Notes: generated by a model from the letters alone, not told the origin. 64,000 bases of DNA from Octopus bimaculoides (GCF_001194135.2 NC_068987.1:88710430-88774429), one strand, 5' to 3'; counted from the first letter of the stretch, positions 38,786-51,284 are shown. Program-made: numbers and translations.

Positions 38786-39193
38786 CTTTTCATTCTTTCT
38801 TTAGGTTACATCAGTAGTTCTCAACGAGGGTCCACGTGGCCATTNNNNNNNNNNNNNNNNNNNNNNNNNNNNNNNNNNNNNNNNNNNNNNNNNNNNNNNN
38901 NNNNNNNNNNNNNNNNNNNNNNNNNNNNNNNNNNNNNNNNNNNNNNNNNNNNNNNNNNNNNNNNNNNNNNNNNNNNNNNNNNNNNNNNNNNNNNNNNNNN
39001 NNNNNNNNNNNNNNNNNNNNNNNNNNNNNNNNNNNNNNNNNNNNNNNNNNNNNNNNNNNNNNNNNNNNNNNNNNNNNNNNNNNNNNNNNNNNNNNNNNNN
39101 NNNNNNNNNNNNNNNNNNNNNNNNNNNNNNNNNNNNNNNNNNNNNNNNNNNNNNNNNNNNNNNNNNNNNNNNNNNNNNNNNNNNNNNNNNNNN

Positions 39194-39330
39194 NGAGTAG
39201 GCAGGGGAGTAGGCAGGGGAGTAGGAAGGGGAGTAGGCAGGGGGGAGTAGGCAGAGGGGGAGGGGGAGTATTCGGAGGGGGAGTATTCGGAGGGGGAGTA
39301 GGCAGAAGGGGAGTAGGCGAATAGACAGTA
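39194..39330. repeat. G-rich minisatellite, unit about gagtaggcaggg (12-15 bp)
   Basis: Direct tandem copies beginning at the gap edge. Confidence 0.85.
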
Positions 39331-39339
39331 GGCGGTGGG

Positions 39340-39431
39340 AGATGAGGATTGTGATGATGATGATGATGACGTCGATGATGATGATGATTATGATGAGGAC
39401 GATGATGATGACGACGACGACGATGACGACG

Positions 39432-39465
<34 letters not shown>
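39340..39465. repeat. (GAT)n/(GAC)n trinucleotide tract
   Basis: Direct reading; gives the poly-Asp ORF. Confidence 0.9.
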
Positions 39466-39467
<2 letters not shown>

Positions 39468-40304
39468 TGGAAGAAGAAACAGTAGATGATGTGCAAATTA
39501 CAGTTAACAATAGCAATGCGGAGAGGAATCAGTGAATTACTACGACGTAAATCTCTCAAACCGGTAATTACAAACGTTTAATCCGGGTTAAAAACAATGA
39601 AGTGTAGCTTAGCTCTTGTAAGAAATTAACGAATCATTGTCCGAAGAAATGATTACGATTTACCATTTAATGGAAATCTGAAGAAATCTTAAAAACTTTC
39701 TTCGGTTCTGTTTACATAAATAAATAAAGATTAAGAATTCACTATATTGTTTCCTTTTAAATATTCATAGCGTTAAACTATATTGAATGACCAAAATGGG
39801 AATGAATATTCAACGTTGTTACACTTGACTATGATAAATAGGATTTCTACAAACGTTGCCCATCATAGATAATATATGTTTGACTAAGACAGAAAGCTTG
39901 AAGATTCTTAAGAGCTGCAGGCTCATATTTATTTATAAGACAAGTGAATTGATGCGTATTTTGAATATAATTGAATCTTGTCTGTCACCCCTGGCTTTAT
40001 TTAGCTTTACCTCTGAACTGCTACAAATGACACATCTTTCCGGGTATACAATATTCAACTTAGGTGACATGGTGTGAAGATCTAACTGAAAACTTATTTA
40101 AACAATCATCTTAGGAGGCGCATTCCATACCTTGAATGCAAGATAATAATGGTACATCTCACCTGTGTAGTACAGCTGTGAGAATGCGTCGAAACAATAG
40201 TAGTGAATTTAAATAAAGAATTTTACTTCCATTTCCTTGTAACCACATGTAAATCGTTGGTGAATTTTTTTCCTCCGTCTTGCTTTTCTATTGGACTTTC
40301 CTTT

Positions 40305-40340
40305 GTTTCCGAAGACGAGCGTCTGCTCGAAACGATAAAC
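40305..40340 (+). ncRNA. Degenerate F1-like hammerhead motif
   Basis: GUUU CCGAAGA C GAGC-GUCU-GCUC GAAA CGAU AAAC, followed by ttccctgagcgt..ctaatac, similar to the F1 repeat downstream sequence. Confidence 0.4.
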
Positions 40341-40472
40341 CATCTTTCTTTCCTTCCCTGAGCGTCTGCTAATACTTTATTAGCAGACGCACATTTGCAC
40401 ATTGGCAAATAGATTTTACACTAGTTGTATATACTTCCAGTTGGCGATTCGATATTGTTTCGGAAGCAGGAT

Positions 40473-40530
40473 GAGTATACGGCACTGATGAGCAGAAAAG
40501 AACTTCGAAATATCGATATCTGCCAAACTC
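40473..40530 (+). ncRNA. Type I hammerhead ribozyme with intact catalytic core
   Basis: GAGU-AUAC-GGCA CUGAUGA GCAG-AAAAGAA-CUUC GAAA UAUCGAUA UC UGCC-AA-ACUC: bulged helix I, canonical core, palindromic helix III (AUAUCGAUAU), AUC triplet; one C-U mismatch in stem II. Confidence 0.8.
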
Positions 40531-40545
40531 TGTGTGTGTGTGGGT

Positions 40546-40621
<76 letters not shown>

Positions 40622-40749
40622 CTTAGATTTTACAAGGAAAAGGTTTCAATGACTTCAATGTTTCGGCTTGCTCATTGGTAACCTTTACATTACGCAGCCA
40701 TGTTTAGTAAACGCACGCATGTAAAATAGATTACACCACAGATTTGTAC

Positions 40750-40894
40750 CTTGATGGCTCGTATGTGATCTTCCAGCTATCTACCAGTAATTTTAGCCGA
40801 TCAAAAGTCCTCCTCTCGAATGTGCTGGTTGAAATATCATTTGTATTCGTCGATAACATTATCGCAAAAAGCGTGGATAAAAGTATGAATCGGG
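40750..40894 (-). CDS. Candidate internal exon (145 nt) of a hypothetical small secreted protein
   Basis: Acceptor ttttccctttgcag| and donor AAG|gtacaa; single open frame RFILLSTLFAIMLSTNTNDISTSTFERRTFDRLKLLVDSWKITYEPS with a hydrophobic N-terminal stretch. Confidence 0.3.
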
Positions 40895-42163
40895 CTGCAA
40901 AGGGAAAACGGACAAGTGTTTCAGCTTGTGTGACTTGACTAATGCACCGACGGGTGACGGATTGCAGAACTGCAAGGAATTTTTTAACTGGATCGTGTAC
41001 TAAACTTATAAAAATTCGAGAATGTCGTTGAGTAGTTATTCGAGTGTCTGTCAATGATATACATACATACACATACAGATACACATACAATTTTAACAGA
41101 CACACACACACATTTATATATATTCATATATCTACATATCTGCATAATATATATTCGTATATATATATATATATATNNNNNNNNNNNNNNNNNNNNNNNN
41201 NNNNNNNNNNNNNNNNNNNNNNNNNNNNNNNNNNNNNNNNNNNNNNNNNNNNNNNNNNNNNNNNNNNNNNNNNNNNNNNNNNNNNNNNNNNNNNNNNNNN
41301 NNNNNNNNNNNNNNNNNNNNNNNNNNNNNNNNNNNNNNNNNNNNNNNNNNNNNNNNNNNNNNNNNNNNNNNNNNNNNNNNNNNNNNNNNNNNNNNNNNNN
41401 NNNNNNNNNNNNNNNNNNNNNNNNNNNNNNNNNNNNNNNNNNNNNNNNNNNNNNNNNNNNNNNNNNNNNNNNNNNNNNNNNNNNNNNNNNNNNNNNNNNN
41501 NNNNNNNNNNNNNNNNNNNNNNNNNNNNNNNNNNNNNNNNNNNNNNNNNNNNNNNNNNNNNNNNNNNNNNNNNNNNNNNNNNNNNNNNNNNNNNNNNNNN
41601 NNNNNNNNNNNNNNNNNNNNNNNNNNNNNNNNNNNNNNNNNNNNNNNNNNNNNNNNNNNNNNNNNNNNNNNNNNNNNNNNNNNTATATATATATATATGA
41701 AATTTCACACGTACAAATTTATGTAAATATAAATTTATGCATGAATAATATTATATATATATTATATTATATATTCATGCATAAATTTACATTTTTACAT
41801 ACAAATACAATCTAAATGCTAAATTTATCTATAAAAAGAAACGAAACGAAATCAAATTACTGCATTGAACACAATCAGGAATCCCAAATTTGAACATTTT
41901 AACTTAAATTTAAAATTTCTCACGGTATCTCACGGTTTCTGTTTCTTTCTCTCTCTCTCTCACTACTTGTCTATCTCTTTCATTTTCTCATGGCAAACAT
42001 TTTCACTCTAGAGCGCATTTGTGGCAGAAGTGGCAAATAGTTTTACCAAATACTTCGTAAAATCTACATCGATTCCAAAATTACACAATATTAGCATCAA
42101 TGAATATTTTTAAAACTCTCTCTCACGCACTCTTTTCTTCTGTATATGTGTGTGTGTGCGTGC

Positions 42164-42214
<51 letters not shown>

Positions 42215-42281
42215 CATGTATATACATGTATATGTGCACATGTATTTATATTCATACATATCTATATAGAAAGGATAGGTT

Positions 42282-42364
<83 letters not shown>

Positions 42365-42732
42365 GTTGAATATGCTTCTGGTTTTGTGGAAACAACTCGT
42401 TTTATTATTCTGACTGTGTTCAGTGTTTCGATAATTTGCTTTTATGAATAGTAATATATTGCATCTAAGATGAGTTGTTGCGTTTTAAAAGGTCCCTCTT
42501 TTATCTTTTACTTGTTTTAGTTATTGAACAGCAGCCATACTGAGGAACCGCATCGAATAGTAGTAGTTCGGTACTCATTCTATTGAAGTCTTTTACCGAA
42601 CCGCTAAGTTGCTGCGATATATGTAAAAGAGTCGATAGAGCTTAAATATTAAGGCGACCGAAAAGTAATGTCACGTGTCATGTAATGAGCTTAAATCAAC
42701 ATCAATAAATACATCAATAAATACATAAATTA

Positions 42733-43138
42733 TGTGATATAATTCCCTGACAATGAGATTACGTGAAGCCTCCATTCTTATTAGTTGAAGCAACCACGAA
42801 AAATATTACATTGCTACAGTCCAAATTTCCTATTTGATCAATTCTTCCAAAGAAAAGGCTGGAACATGCGCACGCGATGTGTATATATATAAACATACGT
42901 ACACACGCATAAACCTGTTATATCTATCGACTTTTCTTCTTCCTTTTCGCATACCATGTCAGCTAGACGTGTCATATCTATGATCCAATATCGTTTGCTT
43001 TCTTTCTCAATTAAGACTATGTCTGGTTTCCTATTCTCTATCTCATAATCGCATTGAATCATAAAATCCCATAGGATCTTTGCATTATCATTTTCGATGA
43101 TGCCTTCGAGTTTATGCTCGTACCACATTTTTGCTCTG

Positions 43139-43180
<42 letters not shown>

Positions 43181-44250
43181 CTGCTTAAAACGAAAAGATG
43201 CATTTTGTATATATATGGCAGTATGCACACGCACATAAACATTCATTTATNNNNNNNNNNNNNNNNNNNNNNNNNNNNNNNNNNNNNNNNNNNNNNNNNN
43301 NNNNNNNNNNNNNNNNNNNNNNNNNNNNNNNNNNNNNNNNNNNNNNNNNNNNNNNNNNNNNNNNNNNNNNNNNNNNNNNNNNNNNNNNNNNNNNNNNNNN
43401 NNNNNNNNNNNNNNNNNNNNNNNNNNNNNNNNNNNNNNNNNNNNNNNNNNNNNNNNNNNNNNNNNNNNNNNNNNNNNNNNNNNNNNNNNNNNNNNNNNNN
43501 NNNNNNNNNNNNNNNNNNNNNNNNNNNNNNNNNNNNNNNNNNNNNNNNNNNNNNNNNNNNNNNNNNNNNNNNNNNNNNNNNNNNNNNNNNNNNNNNNNNN
43601 NNNNNNNNNNNNNNNNNNNNNNNNNNNNNNNNNNNNNNNNNNNNNNNNNNNNNNNNNNNNNNNNNNNNNNNNNNNNNNNNNNNNNNNNNNNNNNNNNNNN
43701 NNNNNNNNNNNNNNNNNNNNNNNNNNNNNNNNNNNNNNNNNNNNNNNNNNNNNNNNNNNNNNNNNNNNNNNNNNNNNNNNNNNNNNNNNNNNNNNNNNNN
43801 NNNNNNNNNNNNNNNNNNNNNNNNNNNNNNNNNNNNNNNNNNNNNNNNNNNNNNNNNNNNNNNNNNNNNNNNNNNNNNNNNNNNNNNNNNNNNNNNNNNN
43901 NNNNNNNNNNNNNNNNNNNNNNNNNNNNNNNNNNNNNNNNNNNNNNNNNNNNNNNNNNNNNNNNNNNNNNNNNNNNNNNNNNNNNNNNNNNNNNNNNNNN
44001 NNNNNNNNNNNNNNNNNNNNNNNNNNNNNNNNNNNNNNNNNNNNNNNNNNNNNNNNNNNNNNNNNNNNNNNNNNNNNNNNNNNNNNNNNNNNNNNNNNNN
44101 NNNNNNNNNNNNNNNNNNNNNNNNNNNNNNNNNNNNNNNNNNNNNNNNNNNNNNNNNNNNNNNNNNNNNNNNNNNNNNNNNNNNNNNNNNNNNNNNNNNN
44201 NNNNNNNNNNNNTATATATATACATAAATACGAGCACACACGTACATACG

Positions 44251-44282
<32 letters not shown>

Positions 44283-44782
44283 GATGTATATGCACCACGC
44301 ATATATACATATGTATATACATATATACAGAAAAGTTTTTTTCACTCACTATATACGCCTGTGCCTATGTTTGCGTGTGTAAGAGTCGGTGTATATAATA
44401 TTCCAGTTTAGCAGTTTGCTCTTCAAGGCAATAAATTTCGATTACTTTCAGATTTTAATAAAGAAATAAGTAAATTAAACGAAATGAGGAAGAATTAAGA
44501 AGTAAAACAATAACTGCTAACCCTAAAAAATATCATAGAAGCCCATAAACATCTTTGGTTATTTTCCCCTGTAAATATATGCGTGTGAGCATATTTATGT
44601 GTGTGTACGTATGTTTATGTATATCCATACATACACATCGCGTGCGCATGTTCCAGCCTTTTCTTTGGAAAAATAGATCAAATAGGAAATTTGGACTGTA
44701 GCAATGTAATATTTTTCGTGGTTACTTCAACTAATAAGAATGGAGTCTTCACGTAATCTCATTGTCAGGGAATTATATCACG
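42733..44782. mobile_element. TIR element of about 2 kb, with about 180-bp inverted arms and TA flanks
   Basis: 42733-42913 and 44594-44782 are reverse complements with only a few substitutions and a small indel; TA at 42731-42732 and 44783-44784. Confidence 0.75.
42914..43137 (-). pseudogene. R4/Dong-clade restriction-like endonuclease fragment
   Basis: RAKMWYEHKLEGIIENDNAKILWDFMIQCDYEIENRKPDIVLIEKESKRYWIIDM..VCEKEEEK; starts directly after (AAT)n. Confidence 0.85.
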
Positions 44783-44909
44783 TACAGTAATGAAAATTTG
44801 TGTAACAAAGTTAAAAAGAATGTTCAAATACTTCCAGCAAAATGTGATTCTTTTTGTGACGGGGAGGGGTTTCTCAATACTTATAAGAGAATATAATTGA
44901 ATTTCTTAA

Positions 44910-44910
44910 A

Positions 44911-44966
<56 letters not shown>

Positions 44967-44984
44967 GTAGGTAGGTAGGTAGGT

Positions 44985-45065
<81 letters not shown>

Positions 45066-45075
45066 TAGATAGATG
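44910..45075. repeat. (GATA)n/(GGTA)n/(GA)n microsatellite block
   Basis: Direct reading. Confidence 0.95.
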
Positions 45076-45546
45076 TGTATATATGAATGTATGTACACAC
45101 ATGAATATATACATGCATGCATACGTGTACATATATTCACATATATACATATAGATATATATGCATACATTTATACATATAAGCATAAATATATCTTTAT
45201 ATATTTATATATGTATGCATAGGCACATGTTTATACAATGTATACATACATATATACTTATACAAATATATGAATATACATATGATGTCTGCATATACAT
45301 AGATATAAACATATACATAAGCATACATATATGTGTGTGTTTACCTCTCTGTGTACAAGCAAAATACCCGGCCTAAAAAGTTATTTTAAATAACCATGGA
45401 TTGTACTTAATATAGTCTTTTCTTTTGTATCAGATCACTTTTGGTTTTCTCTTGAAATGTTCTCTTATATTTAAGATCTATATATCAATACGCTTGTACT
45501 GTCGGTGTTTGTCACGATAAGGGAGATAAGTCAGGATTAAATTCGA

Positions 45547-46776
45547 GTTATTTCCATTGGCTTCTGGACTGGCATTGCTGCAACACTCTTGAAAGGTGGT
45601 TAAACTTTTCACAGTATATTCAAGCTTCCAGTTCCTTTGAGTAAAACAATTGTGTACAAAGCTCCACCAAATTCTGATCAAGGAAACATTCTCAGGCGAG
45701 TAAAAGTCTTCATTATTGACGAAGCTTCAATGATGCCAGTTTATGCTTTGAAAACTATAGATAATTGTTTAAGAGATATTATGATTAGCAATAGTATATT
45801 TGGTGGGAAAATTATCGTACTAGGAGGAGATTTTAGACAAGTTCTTCGAGATGTTCCCAGAGCTCCTCCTACAGCTGTACTTGATGCCTGCCTCAAACGC
45901 TCCTCTATGTCGGATAATTTTCATCAAATGCAACTTACGCAAAACATGAGAACAAATGCAAATGAACAAGATTTTTCGAGGTGGCTACTACAACTTGGAA
46001 ATGGATTTCTTCAAAACTCTCTTGATAATCTCACAGAAGATACTATCGATATTCCTGAGGCATACATATGTAACAATTCTTTGGTATCTGATATATTTGA
46101 CAATTGTACAGCAAAAGAAATGAAAAATAGAGTGAGCTTATCCCCTAAAAATTCAGACTGCTTAGCAGTAAATGAAGAAATTCTAAGTAGATTTCCCACT
46201 GAAACGAAGACATATCTAAGCACTGACTCAGTAACTTCTGATAATGAAGAAGAAGCCCAGAATTATCCCATAGAGTTTATAAACTCTCTTACACCTTCTG
46301 GAATGCCTCCCCATCGCTTTAACTTAGAAGTTTGAGCAATTATTATGCTTCTTGGAAACCTCCCTATAACACAAGGTCTATGCAGCGGAACTCGCTTGGA
46401 AGTACTTCAGCTCCACGAGCATAGCATCGAAGCGTCAATTATAAGTGGATCTCATTCTCACACGAGAGGACTGATTCCAAGAATCAAACTTACTCCAAGC
46501 GATGCAGACATTCCATTCGTTCTGCATTGGACCCAGTTCCCGGCTCGTCTGTCCTATTCTATGACAATCAATAAAGAACAGGGGTAAACATTCGATAGAG
46601 TTGGCATACATTTGCTACAGCCATGCTTCACTCACGACCAGCTTTACGTAGCTTTTTCAAGAGCAAGGGCGATGAACAGTGTGACGGTTAAAGCGATACC
46701 TCAAAACTAATGCACTCGTGGTCGCAGAAGGGGAATCCCCTACACTAGAAACATTGTATATAGGGAAGTGCTGTAA
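45547..46776 (+). pseudogene. Helitron RepHel Pif1-family helicase, C-terminal part
   Basis: One frame: WTGIAATLLKGG*TFHSIFKLP, IIDEASM, FGGKIIVLGGDFRQVL, LTQNMR, EFINSLTPSGMPPH, LSYSMTINKEQG*T, QLYVAFSR, RNIVYREVL*. Premature stops at 45601, 46333, 46585 and 46708; Walker A missing. Confidence 0.92.
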
Positions 46777-47230
46777 TGGAAATATTTAACAAAGACTTTC
46801 ACACAATAACTTAATATATAATTATATTATTAAGTTTACATAAATGATAACAGAAATTTTCATTGACCAAAATAATGTTAATTAAACAATTTTAATTAAA
46901 TGATAACTATTCATTGGACGATATTTAAATTATCTGTGAACTCTTTCACGGATCCAGGTAGTATAGTATTACTCCTCTACCTTTATGACTGTCTACTTTC
47001 TAATGCAGGTGCTACAGATTCGCGTACAATATCAATGGTATATTTCGTAATTAAATTGTTTGAATGACATACAACCAATTCAAACAGCTGCATTATATTA
47101 TTAAAGAAAGTTGATCAGTAATTAGCTATGAGTATGCAACGTTTGCTAAGAGAAATTAATTCTTAAAACGTACATTGTCCAGAAAATTCTTTAAAATTCT
47201 AATTTATATGTGTGTGAATATATATACATA

Positions 47231-47285
<55 letters not shown>

Positions 47286-47904
47286 NNNNNNNNNNNNNNN
47301 NNNNNNNNNNNNNNNNNNNNNNNNNNNNNNNNNNNNNNNNNNNNNNNNNNNNNNNNNNNNNNNNNNNNNNNNNNNNNNNNNNNNNNNCTCTTATTCTTTT
47401 ATTTGCTTCAGTCATTTGACTGCGGCCATGCTGGAGTACCGCCTTTAGTCGAACAAGTCGACTATATATATATATATATAGATAGATTCAAGGTTGAATA
47501 TGGTACTTATGCGTAGGCACCCGAATATCGTATTCAGCTGCATGAAGATTGCTCTTCATATTGCATTTAATGTAATGCTCGCATTACTTAAATAAATTGG
47601 AGTAGCATGAAACGTGCGTACTGCAATCACCTTTGAAATCCGTGTTGCTTATTTTTTGATTATATGTATATATATATATCGTTTTTGTTTTGCAAGATTC
47701 TTTATGTGAATTCGTGTGTTGAAGCATATTTCATTGTGTCTGGGGAGAGTCATTCTCTTTTAAAGCCTTATTAATTTAATACACTCAAAGACTATTGAAT
47801 AGGTTGCCAGTCGCAACGAAAATTTTGATAAAAATAAATAAGTAAATGAGTGGAAGTCGGTGAACGTGTTAAATTAATAAGGTTTTAAAAGACAATGACT
47901 CTAA

Positions 47905-48090
47905 GGCGGCGAGATGGCAGAAACGTTAGCACGCCGGACGAAATGCTTTGCGAAATTCCTCTGCTGCCGACTTTATCTTTTATCCTTTAGGGGTGGATAA
48001 ATTAAGTACCAGTTGCATACTGGAGTTGATCTAATCGACTAGCCCCCTCCCCAAATATTTCGGACCTTTTGCCTAGAATAGAAAAAAAAG
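47905..48090 (+). mobile_element. SINE family B, internally deleted
   Basis: aaggcggcgagatggcagaaacgttagcacgccggacgaaatgc..ttgcctagaatagaaaa. Confidence 0.85.
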
Positions 48091-48270
48091 AAACAATGAC
48101 TCTCTCCAGGCACAATAAAACAATTAATATATATATACATATTAATCAGATTGTGATTTTCAATTTTTCTTAATTATTGATTTCAACAACACGATTCAAT
48201 CAGAAAATTCATTTTAATTTACTTGCTTCTTAACAAAGCAAGATAATCTTATACTCCTTTCCCTTTTTTT

Positions 48271-48425
<155 letters not shown>

Positions 48426-49629
48426 CACACTTCATGACAATGACACAATTAATCAACATTATATTCTGTTTGCACTTCTTGAAATATACATTTTGCTCAA
48501 GCATTTCCAACAAAGCTTTCTGCAGATACATTAGTAAAAACATTTCTCCAAATTATAAGTTTGCTGCAGCATCACCCAAATTATGTAGATTCCAGTATCC
48601 TTTCAGATTTGCTGAATATTTTTAAAGAAGAAGAGTGGTTTTAATTTACTTGTGTGAATTGTTCCTGATATAAACGAGTCTCATTTTCTCCTAACTGAAG
48701 TATTTGATTGTTGTGCAGAATGTTTTTTTTTTTAAATAGCCATCATAGAAATTTTTCCAGCACACAATAAGGATTATAACATGATTTCTGTTATATATTT
48801 CTGATAATTAATTCCTTTGCTGAGATCTGCACTGTTTGGGTTATCATAGCTCACACGATGAACGGGAATAGAAGAATACCATTTCCCATTTCTTTAAATT
48901 TGTAGTTGAGTGTTTATATAGGTTGTTAATACTAAAGTGCACACGCACATACATACATGCATGCACACACATACATACACATACACACACAGATATATGT
49001 GCGCGCGTATATATTATGAATGCATGCATGTATGTATATATGTATTATTATGAATGCATGTATGTATATATGTATGTATATATGTATGTATTATGAAGGC
49101 ATGATGTATGTATGTATTTGGAAGGAAAAATAATGCTGAGGAAATAACTTATACAATCACTCGTGTTCGAACCATGTGCATAAGATTATCGATATGGTTG
49201 TTTTTTTCCCTAACACATTCTAGGGGTGCAGTCTAGTTCAGTGTTATGGAAAGATATATGCATCTCTTCTGATATGTATATTTATGATAAACTGAAGATT
49301 TTTATGTGGTTAAGTCAGCTTGATTCCTGATATTAATTTTAATGTTGTCTTAGAGTGTTCTAAATTTATTTATTGAACGAGTGAATGCTATTAGACGAAT
49401 AAAGGTAAGAAGAGAAATTAAATATAACTTATCAGACATATTAAGCAACTGGCAATTAGATGTATAAATACTATTTAGAGTGGAGCAGCTGAAACCACCC
49501 GAAAGGTGATGTTTCTGTTATTATTAAGTATGAACATAGCATGAAGGGAAAGTCAAAACAGTTTTATTCTATTGAAACTATTATCGAAAGAATATTTTAT
49601 ATTTTATTCTTGAATTATCCGATTCTTAC

Positions 49630-49657
49630 AGTAATTGGAAAAATGAGTAGGAGCCAT
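49630..49657 (-). CDS. Candidate first coding exon (MAPTHFSNY) of a hypothetical small secreted protein
   Basis: gaaATGG start context and donor T|gtaaga; phase 1 matches the 40750-40894 exon. A possible upstream acceptor would start the exon at 49721. Confidence 0.2.
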
Positions 49658-51284
49658 TTCTGGAAATGAATTCATTGGTATAATGCGTGCGGACTGGATT
49701 GCTCTGCGGAACGCCACACATCTGAACAGCGAACTTGCAATACAGGAAACTACAAAGAAATTATATTTGATACCTAGCTTATATGATATTAGATAAGCCC
49801 CCATCATAAGTTTGGGAATTTTGAACACTCATGTCAGCACCTTGAAATACACAATATTTATGGTTTTAATAGGGAATATTCAGCTTTTGAGTATCCTGCA
49901 TAAAATTGAGCAAAATAGGATTCTTTAAGATGTTTGTTATCAAATGTATTATTTGCTCTTGAGATTTACTGACTGACTTAGCAAGGTTTCTGTTCAATGG
50001 AAATTGAAATCATTTAAATAAAATGAGCAAATCTGTCGGAACGGGTGAAATTCTGAATATAATTGCACTTTCTCTTTTAAAACATCCAATGAGAATCGTT
50101 GTCTCATTGACATGAGACATATACTGAATATGAATTATGCACAAATTTTATCGGTAACCTTGTTTTGGTTCAAGTCTTCGAAGCTATAGACTTGATGCTT
50201 GCAAGAATGCTTTTAATTCTGCAATAGGGTAAATTACCTCTTTCCATTGCAGAACAGCATGCGTTGATTTACAGACTGTTTCCTAAAAATACCTTCAACA
50301 TGTTGTCAGTTGATGTCATTGTCTCAAATATATTGAGGCGCAGGTTTACCTCTTTTGCTCAGTCACTTGTGTTGTAGGCCATAAAAGACATTGCAAGGTA
50401 AGAAACATCGTCATATCGCTTCCTTTGTTGTCTTAATCATTAAATGCGCCATTATTGCCAATACTTAAAAAACAACTGCAATAGCTACGCCTTTTTATGC
50501 TGATAAAATTTGGAAAGCAACAAACTACACAGAAATATGTTTCCAGTTGCACAAGCCCTTAATGTATCAAAAATTAACTTAGGTCTTTCTCGAAACTTCT
50601 ATTGATAACCTATTGACTTCAGTGCACTTGGACTGAGATATGCCATAGTCTTCAAGTTCCAGGCCATTTTTATTCTTTATATTCTCAATTTAGTTTAGGG
50701 TTTATCTCTAGAGTTGAAGACTAACTTCACATGAGTTGTACCTGTGCCACGACTCCATATAAATGTTTCCTTCTACAACTTTGTATAACTTATTTCTTTG
50801 CCGAATTAAATCTGTTTTACTCGATTCTTGAAGTCTCCGATATTGTCATCACGATATTTCAGCTAAAGCCGAAGTCGGTAAGTTCACGGCGGTTTAATAG
50901 CAAGGCGAGAGAGAACCCGCTTGGATGTTTATGACACAGGAAAGACAATGAGAGAGAAAGGGAAAGAGAGTGAGGGAGAGAGAGGCGGTGAGAGAGAGAG
51001 AGAGAAAGAGAAAGCATCTTACAACCAACAGAGATGAAAAAATGAAAAATAGATTGAGAAAAGACTGAAGTCAATAAAGATTTCATTGGAAGGCCACGAG
51101 GAGAGCGAAAAATAAAAGAACGACTCGGTATAATGATGACGCTTCGATAGCTAAATACACAAGAAAGAGAAGTAGCGGATGGACATGTTTGTATACACAA
51201 GAATGCCATTTGGCTACTATTATACTGAATAGAGAACCACATGAGAAAAGACATACGTTTCTCAAATGTAAGATATATAAGATA

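Noticed and set aside
39194-39330. YSPA repeats on the minus strand, reminiscent of the RNA polymerase II CTD
   Set aside because: The unit is 12-15 bp rather than a 21-bp heptad, and there is no flanking RPB1 sequence.
39335-39535. Poly-Asp ORF resembling acidic molluscan shell proteins
   Set aside because: It is a (GAT/GAC)n microsatellite with no signal peptide and no convincing splice context.
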